Translations under genes and position numbers: made by a program
Shown here: positions 1-12,305 of the stretch, one piece after another
How positions within the stretch are numbered: position 1 is the stretch's first letter
Layout of the letters: each line of letters starts with the position of its first letter
Notes under the pieces: generated by a model
The model's database searches: none
What the model was told of the DNA's origin: nothing
The model's input: the letters and a program-made list of their open reading frames with translations, nothing else
DNA from: Lineus longissimus
Lineage: Eukaryota
Length of the DNA: 64,000 nucleotides
NCBI RefSeq assembly: GCF_910592395.1
Contig: NC_088313.1
Coordinates: 17,702,500 to 17,766,499 of the forward strand
Direction: 5' to 3'

Positions 1-3000
1 TTAATTGATTACGTTTCGTGCAGTCCCATTCTTATTAGGTAGCGTTGTTCATTTAGGGGAGTAATGCCTAACATTCGTGAAGTTAATACTCCGTTTATTT
101 TCATTAGTTAAATGAAAATTGATTATGGCTTGTCCATAATTAAACACTAATTTTATTCGCAGATACAACTACGGGGTCACAAAATTTAGAATGAAGAAAA
201 TGCTTAAATCACAATTTAGCTGATTCTATTCTTTTAGCACTGCACTGATCTCAGCTCTGGTGTATCTCTGCAGCTCAAGCAAGACACCGCTCCCATCGAT
301 CAATCAATAGATCGAGCTGCCATCAACTATAACAATCAATTCCCTGGCTATTATTTAGATTTTTTTCTCCGCCATTTCGACGACAGACCCGTCAGATCAA
401 TCACCCATCAACACTCCGATCAATTCCCAGGTTCTTCTTTCTTATCATAGCAGTCTCGACCATCCCATGTTCTTCACATTTATTTTATTTCAAAGGTGAC
501 AGCTCTTGATTTCTCCATTCAGTTCAGAAATTACGGTCCGTAAACCGATAGTTGGTTTTTGTTCCTCACCAATTGCGTCTGTTCATTTCCGTGCACTCAG
601 CAGTTCAAGTGGTTCCAAACAAACATCATATCCTATCAATCAATCAGTCGTGAGTGCCATCAACTTTCGCAATCAAAGCCCAGGATCTTCCATGTTTTTT
701 TTTTGTCATAACGTTTCCATGACTGACACTGGTTTCTTTAGGTAAGGAAATCATTTGAAACATTTTGTCTCAGCCGTTTTGGTGACAATTTCTGATATTT
801 GCTATTGTAATTCTCAGGTCCTTCCGTGTTTGTCCTAAAGTCTCTGCGACTGATTTCGTAAGGATTGCGGAGACATCACTCCGATCCATCGGCTGTTCTT
901 TCCTTTGCCTCATCCATCAACCGAATGTCTCATTCACGTGCGGCTAATCCAACATGCAGACATCTGCGACATCGAATCGACCAAAAATGATTGATTTTTT
1001 ACACCGGATTTAAAAGAAAAGTCGTTGTTAACTACTCAATTTTCTCTCATACAATAGGACATCAACCAGAACCATCCATTTCTTCGTGATCGATGATACA
1101 TCATTATTGAAAAAGGCACAACAGAGCGACCTGATTCAGTTTTACTCTGGATAGAGTTAGAAAAGGAGTTATCAAGTCAGTGACCATTTTTCTTGTGTTT
1201 TCGTTTTCATCTTTCATATTGCAAGTTCAACCAAGATCACAATTTTAAGGACGTTGTCACGTCACTTTTCAGATGGGAACATGCACATAGTATTTTGACT
1301 TGCTCCATTTATCATCCCTCCTTTTGTTCCCAAAATCGTTATCACCAACTCCGTAATGGTCCGATTTCTTTTGAAGAAGGCTGATTGTCAGGTCATGTAC
1401 CTTTCTCTGCTCTACCTGATCAATCATCCTAACGTCACTTCCGTATGGTGATAATCCGACAGAGAGACGTATGCGGGGTTGAAATCACCTTGAACCGGCA
1501 ACACACGTCAACAGATTGAACTCTTTACATCATGACACTCAAAGTTCCGAGAGAGATCGAAAAGTTCCTTAAAGCTACGCGCACCCAATGGAAAACATGA
1601 TCACGAAAATGAAAACATTGTCTCACAATACTTTTCAAATGTTTTCAGGATCACCACAAGATCACAATCATAGCACTGATGCTGCCATCATTATTTTTCC
1701 ACTGACCGGTCTTGTCATTCAGTTTTGACATCATTATTCTATACGGCATTCCGCAGTTGGACACTTGTCATCATTCTGACAGACCGATCCACCGCAATAT
1801 CCCATTCTCACGTGAACAAAATCTTTTTAATCTTTTAACATCACTGCGATGAGGACTCCATTATGGTTCCTCGTTCTCACCACGTCGATTTTTTCTTAAC
1901 ACGTATCATTCATTAATCGCCTAATGTCAGCCCCCACTCGTCGATAATCTGCAGTAGATTCAAATCGTACAACAGCTGTTCGTGTTTTAAACAGTACTAA
2001 GTTTCACTTGCACATGTCGCTTTTAAACCGGGCCGGTCAACCGAGTTGCGGCATTGACGTCTGCTTTTAGTAGTTGTACTTTTATCTGATCCAAGTAGTT
2101 TCGTTCTCACCATTGTACCAAGTGGTTTATCACCATTAGAAATGGAGGATTAAATAAACACTGCATCGCAAATAGTTGAGGAATAAACTGAATTATGTCA
2201 CAGTAAATCTAAGTTTCAGGCTCCACCATTCTGCCAAGCCAGTGTACAGTAGAAAAAATGAGAGCGATGTTTGGGACATTTATTGGAAAGTGAGATTTCG
2301 TTGATAGATTCTCCTTCTACCTAATGGAATCTTTGATAAATCTCTCCTTCACTGACATTTGTCTCGTACCGTGTTCATCACTGAAGATAGTTGAATCAAT
2401 TGGATCATCAAGCATTGCAATCGTTTTGTTGGGTTCAAGGTTTTACATCACAGAGCATGCAATCATTGACCCAGCTTTTCTACTTGTGACAGATTTTGAA
2501 TCGTTGAAAATGCAATTAACCGGAAATTGTATGTCTCTATATCGTAATTAGTTGATTTCTCCTAACTGTTTTTTTCAATGTTGTAATCTTTTTGAATAAA
2601 AAAACCGTCGAAAATCCTGACTTTGTGTATTTGTGACCTTTGGGAAATGGCTCACAACCTCGAGGCTGTCGCAGAGATATTATCGCCAATTTTGCTGTTT
2701 GCTTCGTCATGAGTACTTACCGGTTGTTATCATTGAGCAGGAAAGGTTGGGTTAAGCCCGACAGAGATCCGTGCTGAAACAGATAATCTCAACAAGGATT
2801 ATTTATCTTTTATACCTCTCACGTCTCAATGTGGCAGAGGAAAAAACTTTGAGAGATTTGCTAAGACATGTACTCTGTTGAGGAGACACTTTTATCATTA
2901 TTGATAGTGATGTGTTGTTGTAACGCACAAGTGACATGTTTCTGTTAAATTTATGGCAAATACCCCAGGATCTTTATCATTGTCCTTGTCACTCTATTCC

Positions 3001-5814
3001 TCCTTCTCATGCTTAGAACGCAGAAACAGAAGGCAGCTTTACAAGCTCTGGATAATGATTTTTTGAGAAGAAAGGAGATCAAAACTTCCTGAATTTTATA
3101 GAATGGTTTGTAGAAATCTTCGCTTGCGGGCAGTTGTAGTTTCTATAGTTTTACGATGCTCGGATGCTCTCTTCATCCTCTGCTGTTTCTTAATAGCATT
3201 CTACAGTGCCTTTCAAATTACTCCTGCTCCAAGGCCAATCGTGCATCCGTTTGCCTTCGTGGTGTATCAATTTACATTCAAAGCTGCAGGAGGAGCTGCA
3301 AGGGTGAAGCTCCAACCCAGAATCCAGTTTCCAATGTCTAGTATCATTTTTCCGGTAGAGATAGTATTTTTTGCAGTTTTAACCACACCACAGTCTGTGG
3401 CTGCTATCCTTCCGTTCTCCGTTGTAATTGGAGTGTTTCAGGTTTAGTTCAAACTGAATATCCATTACTGCTTCTAGGACAGTCAGGACCGTTAATAACC
3501 TTGATTCTTTCTTTGGCTCTTTCCAGAATATCACGTCATCCCGATTATAATCAGTGAGGATAGAAAATTTAATTCAGGTAATTAGAATTAAGTGTTAATT
3601 AACGAGGAATTCGCTGCACTTGCAATCAGGTATCAAATCTGTTGACGACTTCCGCTTTTGTTGAATTCTTCGCCCTTTCAAAAGGAGATCGCCTGGTTCA
3701 GTCTAACTTCGTCTTACCACAAAGAAGTAGCTTACTCTATCGGGTAAATTTATAAGTTACTTTATATAAATGGGTTGGCAATTTGCAGTGCAAATGGTCG
3801 TGTTGGTAATTTCCGAACATTAGCGATATCTCCCATTCTATACAGTTAAGTTGAGCAGAGAGGGTTGTTGAGGTAGTCAACACTTTTATTACCACTCGGA
3901 TACATCCCAGACCGCTCCTGTCTCAAATCCTAGCATAAATGCATGATTACACCCGAGTATACCTCGCCAGAGCCAAATGATTGTATTTGAAACCCAACAC
4001 ATATGCTTATAGTACGTCTGATTAGATTTGTCATCTGATCCCATGCGGCCATATCCATTTTTCATCAAAACATCCCATCTTACCATTCTTTTCGCTCCGG
4101 AATGTCCTTCATCAGACGCATCTATTAATGATTTACGGGCACCGAACAATGTGAACAGTGCGGCAAATAACACCTGTTTGCTTGCTAACTACATTTTATT
4201 GCCCAAAGATTTGTGGCAATCGATCCAATGAGAATCGAATGAGGCTGGCAGCTATTCAGGTCGGTCGTTGGCAAACCCGTTACTGAGTGCCAATTTCATC
4301 TACTAAAGAACTAATCTGTCCGCCGGATAGATTGTCATTGCTTTCGAGTAGTGCGGCGGCAGTGAACCTAAGTGTGTTTTGGTACCAGAAGTGGTCGGGA
4401 CATTTTGGTAACTATAATCTGTGGTATCACCCACACAAGTGGTGGTCTGGACACTTGGCGACTGTCATCGATATCTGTCGTATCATCCACAAGTGCTCGG
4501 GACATTGGTGCTGCATATGTGGAAGCCGCCCACATGTCTCGTGCTGTATTCACGGAACGTATCTGGTTCCGAAACGAGTATGGGTGGCCAGCGACCTACT
4601 TGCATTGGTGTGGCTTCATTTCACTTCGTGTCGTAGACTGATTGAATCCTAATTAACGTTTGGTGCGGCAGCAGGTCTAGGGCAGTTTGAAGAGTACACG
4701 TATAGTCTGACCGAACTTCCAGTTGAGTCGCCTAATCAGAAGTTTATTTTGGACACGATTCCTGTCAGTAGTGCTTAGGATCGTCAGACTTGGCGAGCGA
4801 TAGCGAAGGTCACGCTTTGAGTACAGCGACGCTCTATGAGCTGAAGAGTCTATTCCTCTAGTGCTAGCATCTGATCACAAGCATACAGAAAACGCTTCTT
4901 TTGGGAATCCGGTTACAAACAGCTACAAAAAGAAAGTGGAAGGCAGACGTAGAGCACAGAGCCCGAGGGACACTGCTCTTGACATGCTGGTGAAAATTGT
5001 CCGAGAGTATCCGATATCAAATATTGGTTTCTTTCCCTGATGATTCCCAACAATTCCTTCCTATCGGTTTTTCTGCTCGTCCTGAATCCGTTAGCAGGTG
5101 CAGTGAAAAGAGACACAGGCATGTTTTATAGTCGTCCTTGCCTGGAGAGCGCTAATGTTTTACTGTAACGTGATGTTTGTGATCCTTTCTTTCCGCTTAA
5201 CTATTGGGTTGCTGTCTACGTCAAAAAGAAATATCCATCTGGAGTTTTTCAACGATTGATGCGTCTGGTTTTCTCAGTTCATTTGCACAAGAACATAGTT
5301 TTTCAAATCCTGTATCATAGGACAAAACAGGTGCCGGACAAATTTACGTTCTGTCGTGGCTGAGAACTGCATGCGTTTACAAGTAAGTAGAAGCTCTTTC
5401 AAATAGTACTGTTCGGTTTGTAATGATGATGGTCATTTGAGATGAACATCAGCGGAAGCAACTTTTGTTTGTAATTGTTCAGAAGCAAAACGTGTCGTTG
5501 TGATAATATCTCAATATTGCCTTCCTTGATGACCTACAACTCACGGATGTAAAAACGTTTCTTTGCTTTTGCAAAATTCCGATAGAGATGGCAGGTGAAA
5601 AGCCCTTGAAGTAACGGATTATGATACCGGCTCTTGCCCATTATCGTGCACAATGTTAGAGCATTTTTAAAAATCAGCGCGATCATCTCGGCATGTTCCA
5701 TAGGTTTGACTCGGTTGCGCGCTTTGAATCACTTCAACTTGTAATTGAAATCGCTCGTTTGTGTTGCGCTTAAGTGATAAGGTAACAGGCCACTGCCTGT
5801 AAAATTGTTCACGA

Positions 5815-6880
5815 ACGACGACGATGACGACGAGACAGACGCCCACCGCCACATACAACGAATGACAACAGACGACAACCACATAAATTAAACGACAACA
5901 GACGACCAAAGACGACGAGGACGGACACTGCGGACGGACACTGCGGTATTCTAAAGACTCGTGAAAGTCAGCTCAAAAGTGCAAAAGGGTTAACCTATAC
6001 GAAGAGTACTGTTATCGTGTTTTGAATGAAAAAACTCACCTTTCGACGCGAGACTGCGACAACAGACGACGACCACATAGATTAAACGACAACAGACGAC
6101 CACAGACGACGACGACGGACGACGGACGACGAGGACGGACACTGCGGACGGACACTGCGGTATTCTAAAGACTCGTGAAAGTCAGCTTAAAAGTGCAAAA
6201 GGGTTAACCTATACGAAGAGTACTGTTATCGTGTTTTGAATGAAAAAACTCACCTTTCGATGCGAGACTGCGACAACAGACGACGATCACATAGATTAAA
6301 CGTTAACAGACGACCACAGACGACGACGACGGACGACGGACGACGAGGACGGACACTGCGGTATTCTAAAGACTCGTGAAAGTCAGCTCAAAAGTGCAAA
6401 AGGGTTAACCTATACGAAGAGTACTTTTATCTTGTTTTGAATGAAAAAAAATCACCTTTCGATGCGAGACTGCGACAACAGACGACGACCACATAGATTA
6501 AACGACAACAGACGACCACAGACGACGATGAGGACGGACACTGCGGACGGACACTGCGGTATTCTAAAGACTCGTGAAAGTCAGCTCAAAAGTGCGAAAG
6601 GGTTAACCTATACGAACAGTATACTGTTATCGTGTTTTGAATGAAAAAAATCACCTTTCGACACGAGACTGCGACAACAGACGACGACCACATCGATTAA
6701 ACGACAACAGACGACCACAGACGACGACGACGGACGACGGACGACGAGGACTGACACTGCGGTATTCTAAAGACTCGTGAAAGCTAGCTTAAAAGTGAAA
6801 AAAGGTAAGCCTATACGAACAGTACTGTTATCGTGTTTTGAATGAAAAAAAATCACCTTTCGACACGAGACTGGATATGT
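5815..6880. repeat. Tandem satellite with a unit of about 195-215 bp and about 5.5 copies
   Basis: The block tattctaaagactcgtgaaagtcagctcaaaagtgcaaaagggttaacctatacgaa recurs at about 5949, 6163, 6362, 6557 and 6758. The intervening gacgac-rich sequence is conserved between copies. Confidence 0.85.
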
Positions 6881-8813
6881 AAAGCCAGCCACTCGGGAAA
6901 AGTTTCAACATGACTATAGGCAATCTCCAAGCTTCGCCATTGGTAACGGTTGCTTAGTGATAGACTAGCACAGTTTACTAGCGTACTTTTGCTAGCTAGC
7001 TTCTGCTTCTCATTGGGAGATTGGATTATGGGGAGCCATGTAAATTTACCCAAAGTTGCCAATAGGGTGTCAGTTACATGTATATCTGTTTTGGCTCTGT
7101 CAGAAGGTGTACGTTGGACCAGTGTAACGTCGGTGCCTCAATACACTTATGCGGCAAGTGCTAACCATTGTGTTTGTCAGTGGTCACAATATCGAATTAA
7201 TTGCAGACCTTATCACTCAAGTTATCTAATTAATTGTTGATCTCCAAAAGTTTTCCAATAAACTGTATCAAAAAGGTTCTCTATTAAACCAGGGTCTTTC
7301 AAATAAATTATTTGAAAGACTCTGATTGAACTGTATTGGTGCAAAAGTTATCTGATAACGTAGCCAGCTTCTACCACGTGCAAACGTTATCTAATAAACT
7401 GTTCCTTCGATCACACAAGTTATCTAATTAACTGATAGTTCTCCATACAGATTCATGCACGTTTTTCCCAAACAGAACGAATATCGAAATGACTGTAATC
7501 AACCCTTGCTTATATCGCCGTTTCTTTTACGTGCCTCGTTAACCTCAATTGATTACTGTAATAGCTGGTTAGCGTGTTAGGAACAAATTTTGGATGAAAA
7601 TTGTCAGCGAAGGCAGTTGACAATAATCAGCTGCTAGCTTCGTATCAATCCGTGTTTTTGACTGATAAAAGATGCTATGTTGGTGCATAAATTGAGTAAT
7701 AGTCGGGCTGCTCGACGAATCGTTGAGTAGTCTGTCTGTATGAGAGCCTGCACGTGCACGGCTGATAAGGAAATTGACAATTGATGAAGAAGATGTGACA
7801 ATTTTAGAAGGGAAATGAAGAAACGAAGGCCAATGGGTGTTGATGATGTGGTTCATATGAGCGACTCTTGAAAATCCGTTCTTCGGGTCAGATGCTGTCA
7901 CATCTGTTCGAACACAATATCAGCTTTAAAGCGATGTTTTATCAAGATGTGGCGCCTGGGGCTATATGGAAGATAGCCTATAGCTAGGGGGTCGAATTGG
8001 AAGTCGTCAGGTGACTAGTATGCGCTTTTAGGAACCTGGGTTGTGTTTGATTCAGGCAAAATCATTTCATCGTGCAACCGCAATAGTTTCCAATGTGTGT
8101 TAGGAGACCTACACACTCTCTTTTTAAACCAGGACTTATTTGGAAGGCAACTATTTAACTGTTTTTCGTAGCGTTCTGACGAATTCAAAACATAAGCATG
8201 TGAGAGTCAACTTACCGAAATCTTGATCGGGCAGACTCCACGATCCGATATTGGTGGTACGTTGAGTATCCCAATCAAATTCGACTGGTTTATCGTATAT
8301 TCGTGAATCTCCAGTTCCTCTCCAACGAAATATGATCTAATGAAGTCGGTGTTCTCATCTTTCTTGGTGATCGGATGCCTCCCATCAACAGCTGAGAACC
8401 CATGAAAAATACTTACATTACACGAGTTCACGACTTCAGTGATTTAAACGAAATTTCAGCTCAGATGTAGATAGCTTTCTGAATAATTGGAAAGAATGAA
8501 AATCAAATTTATGATATCATGTTTATATTATTAGTAAGATTATTTCTGCTAAGATCACTTTCTCACAATCATTTGAAGCCAATACTTCATAAAAATTAAT
8601 GATTATGTTTAGGGGCATTTTTTTTAACCACGTACTTTAACTCCGACATAACTGAAGCCAGCACCAAGACCTATCAAACTGCGTGATGCCTTTCAAAATC
8701 CGTTTACGATGGTCGGCCGGCCTTCAACTCTTACCTTATACTCTCAGATTCCTGTAACTTCGTCGAACACCTTCGATCTGCTTTGGAGACCTCGAGAATA
8801 TCATATTCTGTGT

Positions 8814-8929
8814 AAGGTAGAATGGGGTATTTGTAGCCCCGGTTTAATGGTAGCCATTGTCTATGATATCGATTGATATCCACATGTATATCAAACAATA
8901 CAGGGGCTAAAAATACCTTATTCTACCTT
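8814..8929. repeat. Small foldback / MITE-like element with about 27-bp terminal inverted repeats
   Basis: aaggtagaatggggtatttgtagcccc at 8814 and ggggctaaaaataccttattctacctt at 8903 are near-perfect reverse complements. An internal atatcgattgatatcc palindrome is also present. Confidence 0.5.
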
Positions 8930-9837
8930 ATCCTGCATTCGTAGGGCCTACATGTATCTCTTGATCACAATGCATGGCACGCCCCAGCAAAATAGTGTCG
9001 CGACCGACGCAGGTGGATAACCGCGCACTTCTAATTACTTGACCTACTTTACAATGTACATCTTCCACGTGTCTGAGGCTACTGACGGGACACAGAATCT
9101 CAGGAAGGGCCTGGCGCAGCCTTTTCTGATCCATTTTGTTGCTCTTGCGGCTATTTTTTATAGAATCCCTGCCTCGCGCCCGTAGGCCTATTGCAGGGAG
9201 AGACGTCTCCGGCATCAATCATCTTCGGGAAACCAGTGGTTTTTAATCGAGATGTCGAGAATTCCCTGTCATAGGTTCGATTTAATTTTTACTTTCCCTG
9301 CCGCATGCTCATCAAATTAGTTGTCACTTTCCCCTGTCACTAAACCAGCTGTTACCTTCTCCTGCAACATGTTGAAATATGTTGCTGTTTTGTCGAAAAG
9401 GCATGACACTTAATCCTGCACCTCATTACTTTGATACTAGGTTCTTTTTTGTTTAAACGGAATATACATTGTACTACTGTCTGTAATCTCTCACGTAATC
9501 CGGCATCATTTTGTTGGAAATGTCTCTTCTCTGTTAGAGTTGTTTTCATATTGTGACTGTGTCGATTTTCTTGTTTTAAGCCGCTCTATACACGAATACA
9601 AGGTCATAAAGACTTAACGTTTGTCTTAAATGCCTCAAAGGTACATCCCTTGTGACTGCATTCGCCTGGAAGCTAATCTTCTTATTGTTCTAATGATACA
9701 GTTTAACTGTGTTCAAGGTCCACATATCCATGAAGACATAACAGTTTAATACCTGGGGTGAAGGTTCCTAGAAATCCTTGACTGTTTCGACCATGCCAGA
9801 GGAGTAACATAGAGGATGACCAAAATGCGAGTTCGGA

Positions 9838-9935
9838 TTCAGGGGTTTTCTTCAATATTATAATGATAATGATGATGATATAAACAATAATAATAATGAT
9901 AATAATGTTAATAATAATGATAATAATATATAAAC
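9838..9935. repeat. Microsatellite (ATA/ATG/TAA)n
   Basis: Direct read of ataatgataatgatgatgatataaacaataataataatgataataatgttaataataatgataataat. Confidence 0.9.
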
Positions 9936-9991
9936 TAGAATGAATAAATAACAACAAAATGAAGAGAGAACAAAGAGAAAAATGTAATGGA

Positions 9992-10062
9992 TTTAAGGGG
10001 AGGCGAACCCGTGACCACCAGATCGAAAGTCCAGCATTCTAACCATTGAACCATCAAGGCCT
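9992..10062 (-). other. tRNA-like fragment (tRNA-derived SINE head or tRNA pseudogene)
   Basis: The reverse complement reads GGCCTTGATGGTTCAATGGTTAGAATGCTGGACTTTCGATCTGGTGGTCACGGGTTCGCCTCCCC. It has D-arm and T-loop-like GGTTCG motifs. There is no matching 3' acceptor strand or CCA end, and the anticodon stem is imperfect. Confidence 0.3.
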
Positions 10063-11084
10063 TTATGTTAGGACAGAGATTTTCGCCGCCTCTTATAGCC
10101 AGGCTATGGCAATCTGAAGAAACTACGGTGTACTTTATAAGAAAAAGTATGTTTTATTATTTTTTACTGGTAGCCTAAGTTTAAATCCGTTCTGCCTTTT
10201 GGACAACAGATTAGAATGAAATGATGCTTTTAAGGCACCAGATTTTATCAAAATAATGCACAACTCAAGTTGGTGTTGTTGTCTTTACCTACTTGTCTCC
10301 ACCTGTACTCATTGAAGAAGCATTGAAAAAAAGGTTTTGGAATTTTACAGCTCTCCCACCAACTTAAGTAAATCGGCCGGAATCAAACTAATCAACTGCG
10401 TGATATCGTCTTCAGTGGTGTCCCTCGCATTTTTCGCTGGAATGACTAAAGTGAATGTGGCTGGTTGTGTTTTCATGCTCTGATAAACCGCACCGCACGG
10501 TTGAGGTTCCTATTTCAATTTACAGTTATTGCTCATCGAATATTAAATTTTTTCATCTTTTCATTTCACTTGTGGTAAAACTGATAAGCACAAATGGTCG
10601 GACTGCCATGGAGCGATAAATACGATCGGGGTGGAAATCGTTATTGAAATGTGCCATGTTCAGTAATATATCTATTTTTTCTTGTCTATGTGGCTTTTCC
10701 GTTGTTTATCACAACAATATATTGAAATCTGTTTAATTTACTCATTTGATATATCAACAGTTCGCGATGCCAAATATTGTTTGGCGCAGCATATCATATC
10801 GTCAGTCCATGACATTTCCATGGCTGAATGATGCACGGCAGATTATCGGTATAAAACCTATTCCAAATTCTTTTATTTTTCAGCCATTATATGTCGGTCA
10901 GAATTACATCCCAATATTAGCAAATATAAAGGCATTTCAACGGGTTTGTCCATTTACTCTTTATCAATGACTGACAATAGTTTTCTTCTATCGTTTCAGA
11001 TTCTACCGGCGGTATGATAACTCTTCAGCGACTTAATACGAAACGGCTATTTCGCTGACAAATCCTAATACGAACGCGTTAACG

Positions 11085-12305
11085 ATGAATTACACACCAG
11101 GACCTAACAGCACCGAGGTGTCGGGGACATTCTTACCCACCGAACTCCCGGCTGCAAACATCACGAAAAATATCACTGAACCCCACGAACCGGTCGGGGA
11201 ATGGATCAAAGCAATGACTATACCGTTCTATGTCGTCATCTTTGTCGTCGGCGTGACCGGAAATAGTCTTGTTGTTTTTGTCGTTGCGCGGAACAAAGCC
11301 ATGCAGACGATCACTAATATTTTTATAACAAACCTTGGATGTGCTGATATAATGATGTGTCTTCTTGCTGTGCCTTTCACACCACTCGCAGCGTTCCTGG
11401 ATGACTGGCCTTTCGGGGAGGTGATGTGCCAGATTATACCAATGTCACTGGCGGTCAGCGTCTTTGTTTCAACCTTGACCTCAACCGCCATTGCTATTGA
11501 CCGATATTTTGTGATAGTTTACCCGTTTAAGCCACGGATGAAGGCATGGCTCTGCTTGCTGTTAATAATATCAATATGGATCATTTCCTGTTCTGTCTCC
11601 TTGCCCCTGGCTATATACCGTAGGATAACAGTGGACAATGGAGATAGACAATGTGGTGAAGACTGGCCAGACATTAACTCAAGAAAGTTCTGCATTATTA
11701 CGTTATTTTTCTTACAGTATGTTGTACCATGTTGTGTCATTACGTTCTGCTACTGGCGAGTTTCTGGCGTGCTGCGAATGCGCGCTAAAGCTAAGATAGG
11801 AAGTGGAAACAAATCACGGGAAAAAGAAGAGATGGAAATCCGTCGTAAGCGAAGAACGAATAGGATGCTGATCGCTATGGTGGCTATATTCGTCGGGTGC
11901 TGGATGCCTTTGAATGTCGTTCTCCTGACGCAAGAAGCCCACCCTAGAATTGAAACTTGGCAATGGCTCAAACTGATTTTCTTCATTGCACATATCATCG
12001 CCATGAGCTCCGCGATATACAACCCCTTCCTGTACGCGTGGATGAATGAAAATTTCCGAAAGGAATTTAAACAGGTTCTGCCCTTCTTATTCTCTGGTCA
12101 TACACACAGCAAACTGAACGGCAGCATGACGCAGTACTCTACTGTCGACACGACACATACGGTTGTCGACCGATCGCCCATGCGCGAACGAAACGGAAGT
12201 AACGTTGGGACGGGCAAGACCACGCAGGCGCACTATGATGTTGATTCAGAAAAGGTTCATTTGAAAGTTGCCGAGGATGGCGATGAACCAAGGGAAGAGG
12301 TATAG
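11085..12305 (+). CDS. Class A (rhodopsin-like) neuropeptide-type GPCR, intronless, 406 aa
   Basis: Seven hydrophobic segments. N-terminal N-glycosylation sites NST/NIT. GNSLVVFVV...TNIFITNLGCAD (TM1-2). TM3 Cys followed by AIDRY (DRY-type motif). CWMP in TM6. NPFLYAWMNENFRKEF (NPxxY plus helix 8) resembles NPFF, QRFP, PrRP and orexin receptor tails. Single uninterrupted ORF. Confidence 0.9.
   Translation: MNYTPGPNSTEVSGTFLPTELPAANITKNITEPHEPVGEWIKAMTIPFYVVIFVVGVTGNSLVVFVVARNKAMQTITNIFITNLGCADIMMCLLAVPFTPLAAFLDDWPFGEVMCQIIPMSLAVSVFVSTLTSTAIAIDRYFVIVYPFKPRMKAWLCLLLIISIWIISCSVSLPLAIYRRITVDNGDRQCGEDWPDINSRKFCIITLFFLQYVVPCCVITFCYWRVSGVLRMRAKAKIGSGNKSREKEEMEIRRKRRTNRMLIAMVAIFVGCWMPLNVVLLTQEAHPRIETWQWLKLIFFIAHIIAMSSAIYNPFLYAWMNENFRKEFKQVLPFLFSGHTHSKLNGSMTQYSTVDTTHTVVDRSPMRERNGSNVGTGKTTQAHYDVDSEKVHLKVAEDGDEPREEV

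Noticed and set aside
241-740. Two diverged copies of a roughly 300-bp segment (caatcaatagatcgagctgccatcaact... / caatcaatcagtcgtgagtgccatcaact...)
   Set aside because: It is a real local duplication but short and diverged with no further structure. Not listed as a feature.
3889-4652. Possible reverse-transcriptase-like remnant (minus-strand ORF with LFAALFTLFG, reminiscent of the F/YADD box) and locally repeated segments at 4370-4560
   Set aside because: The similarity is too weak and short to call. The surrounding ORFs overlap on several frames. Left unannotated.
8207-8431. 74-aa minus-strand ORF flanked by splice-like signals (possible orphan exon)
   Set aside because: No recognisable family and no neighbouring exons with matching phase could be identified from sequence alone.
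9992-10062. Calling a functional tRNA gene here, and likewise at 55745-55830
   Set aside because: The acceptor stem cannot be closed (no complementary 3' strand), and the anticodon and T stems are imperfect. They are better explained as SINE heads or tRNA pseudogenes.
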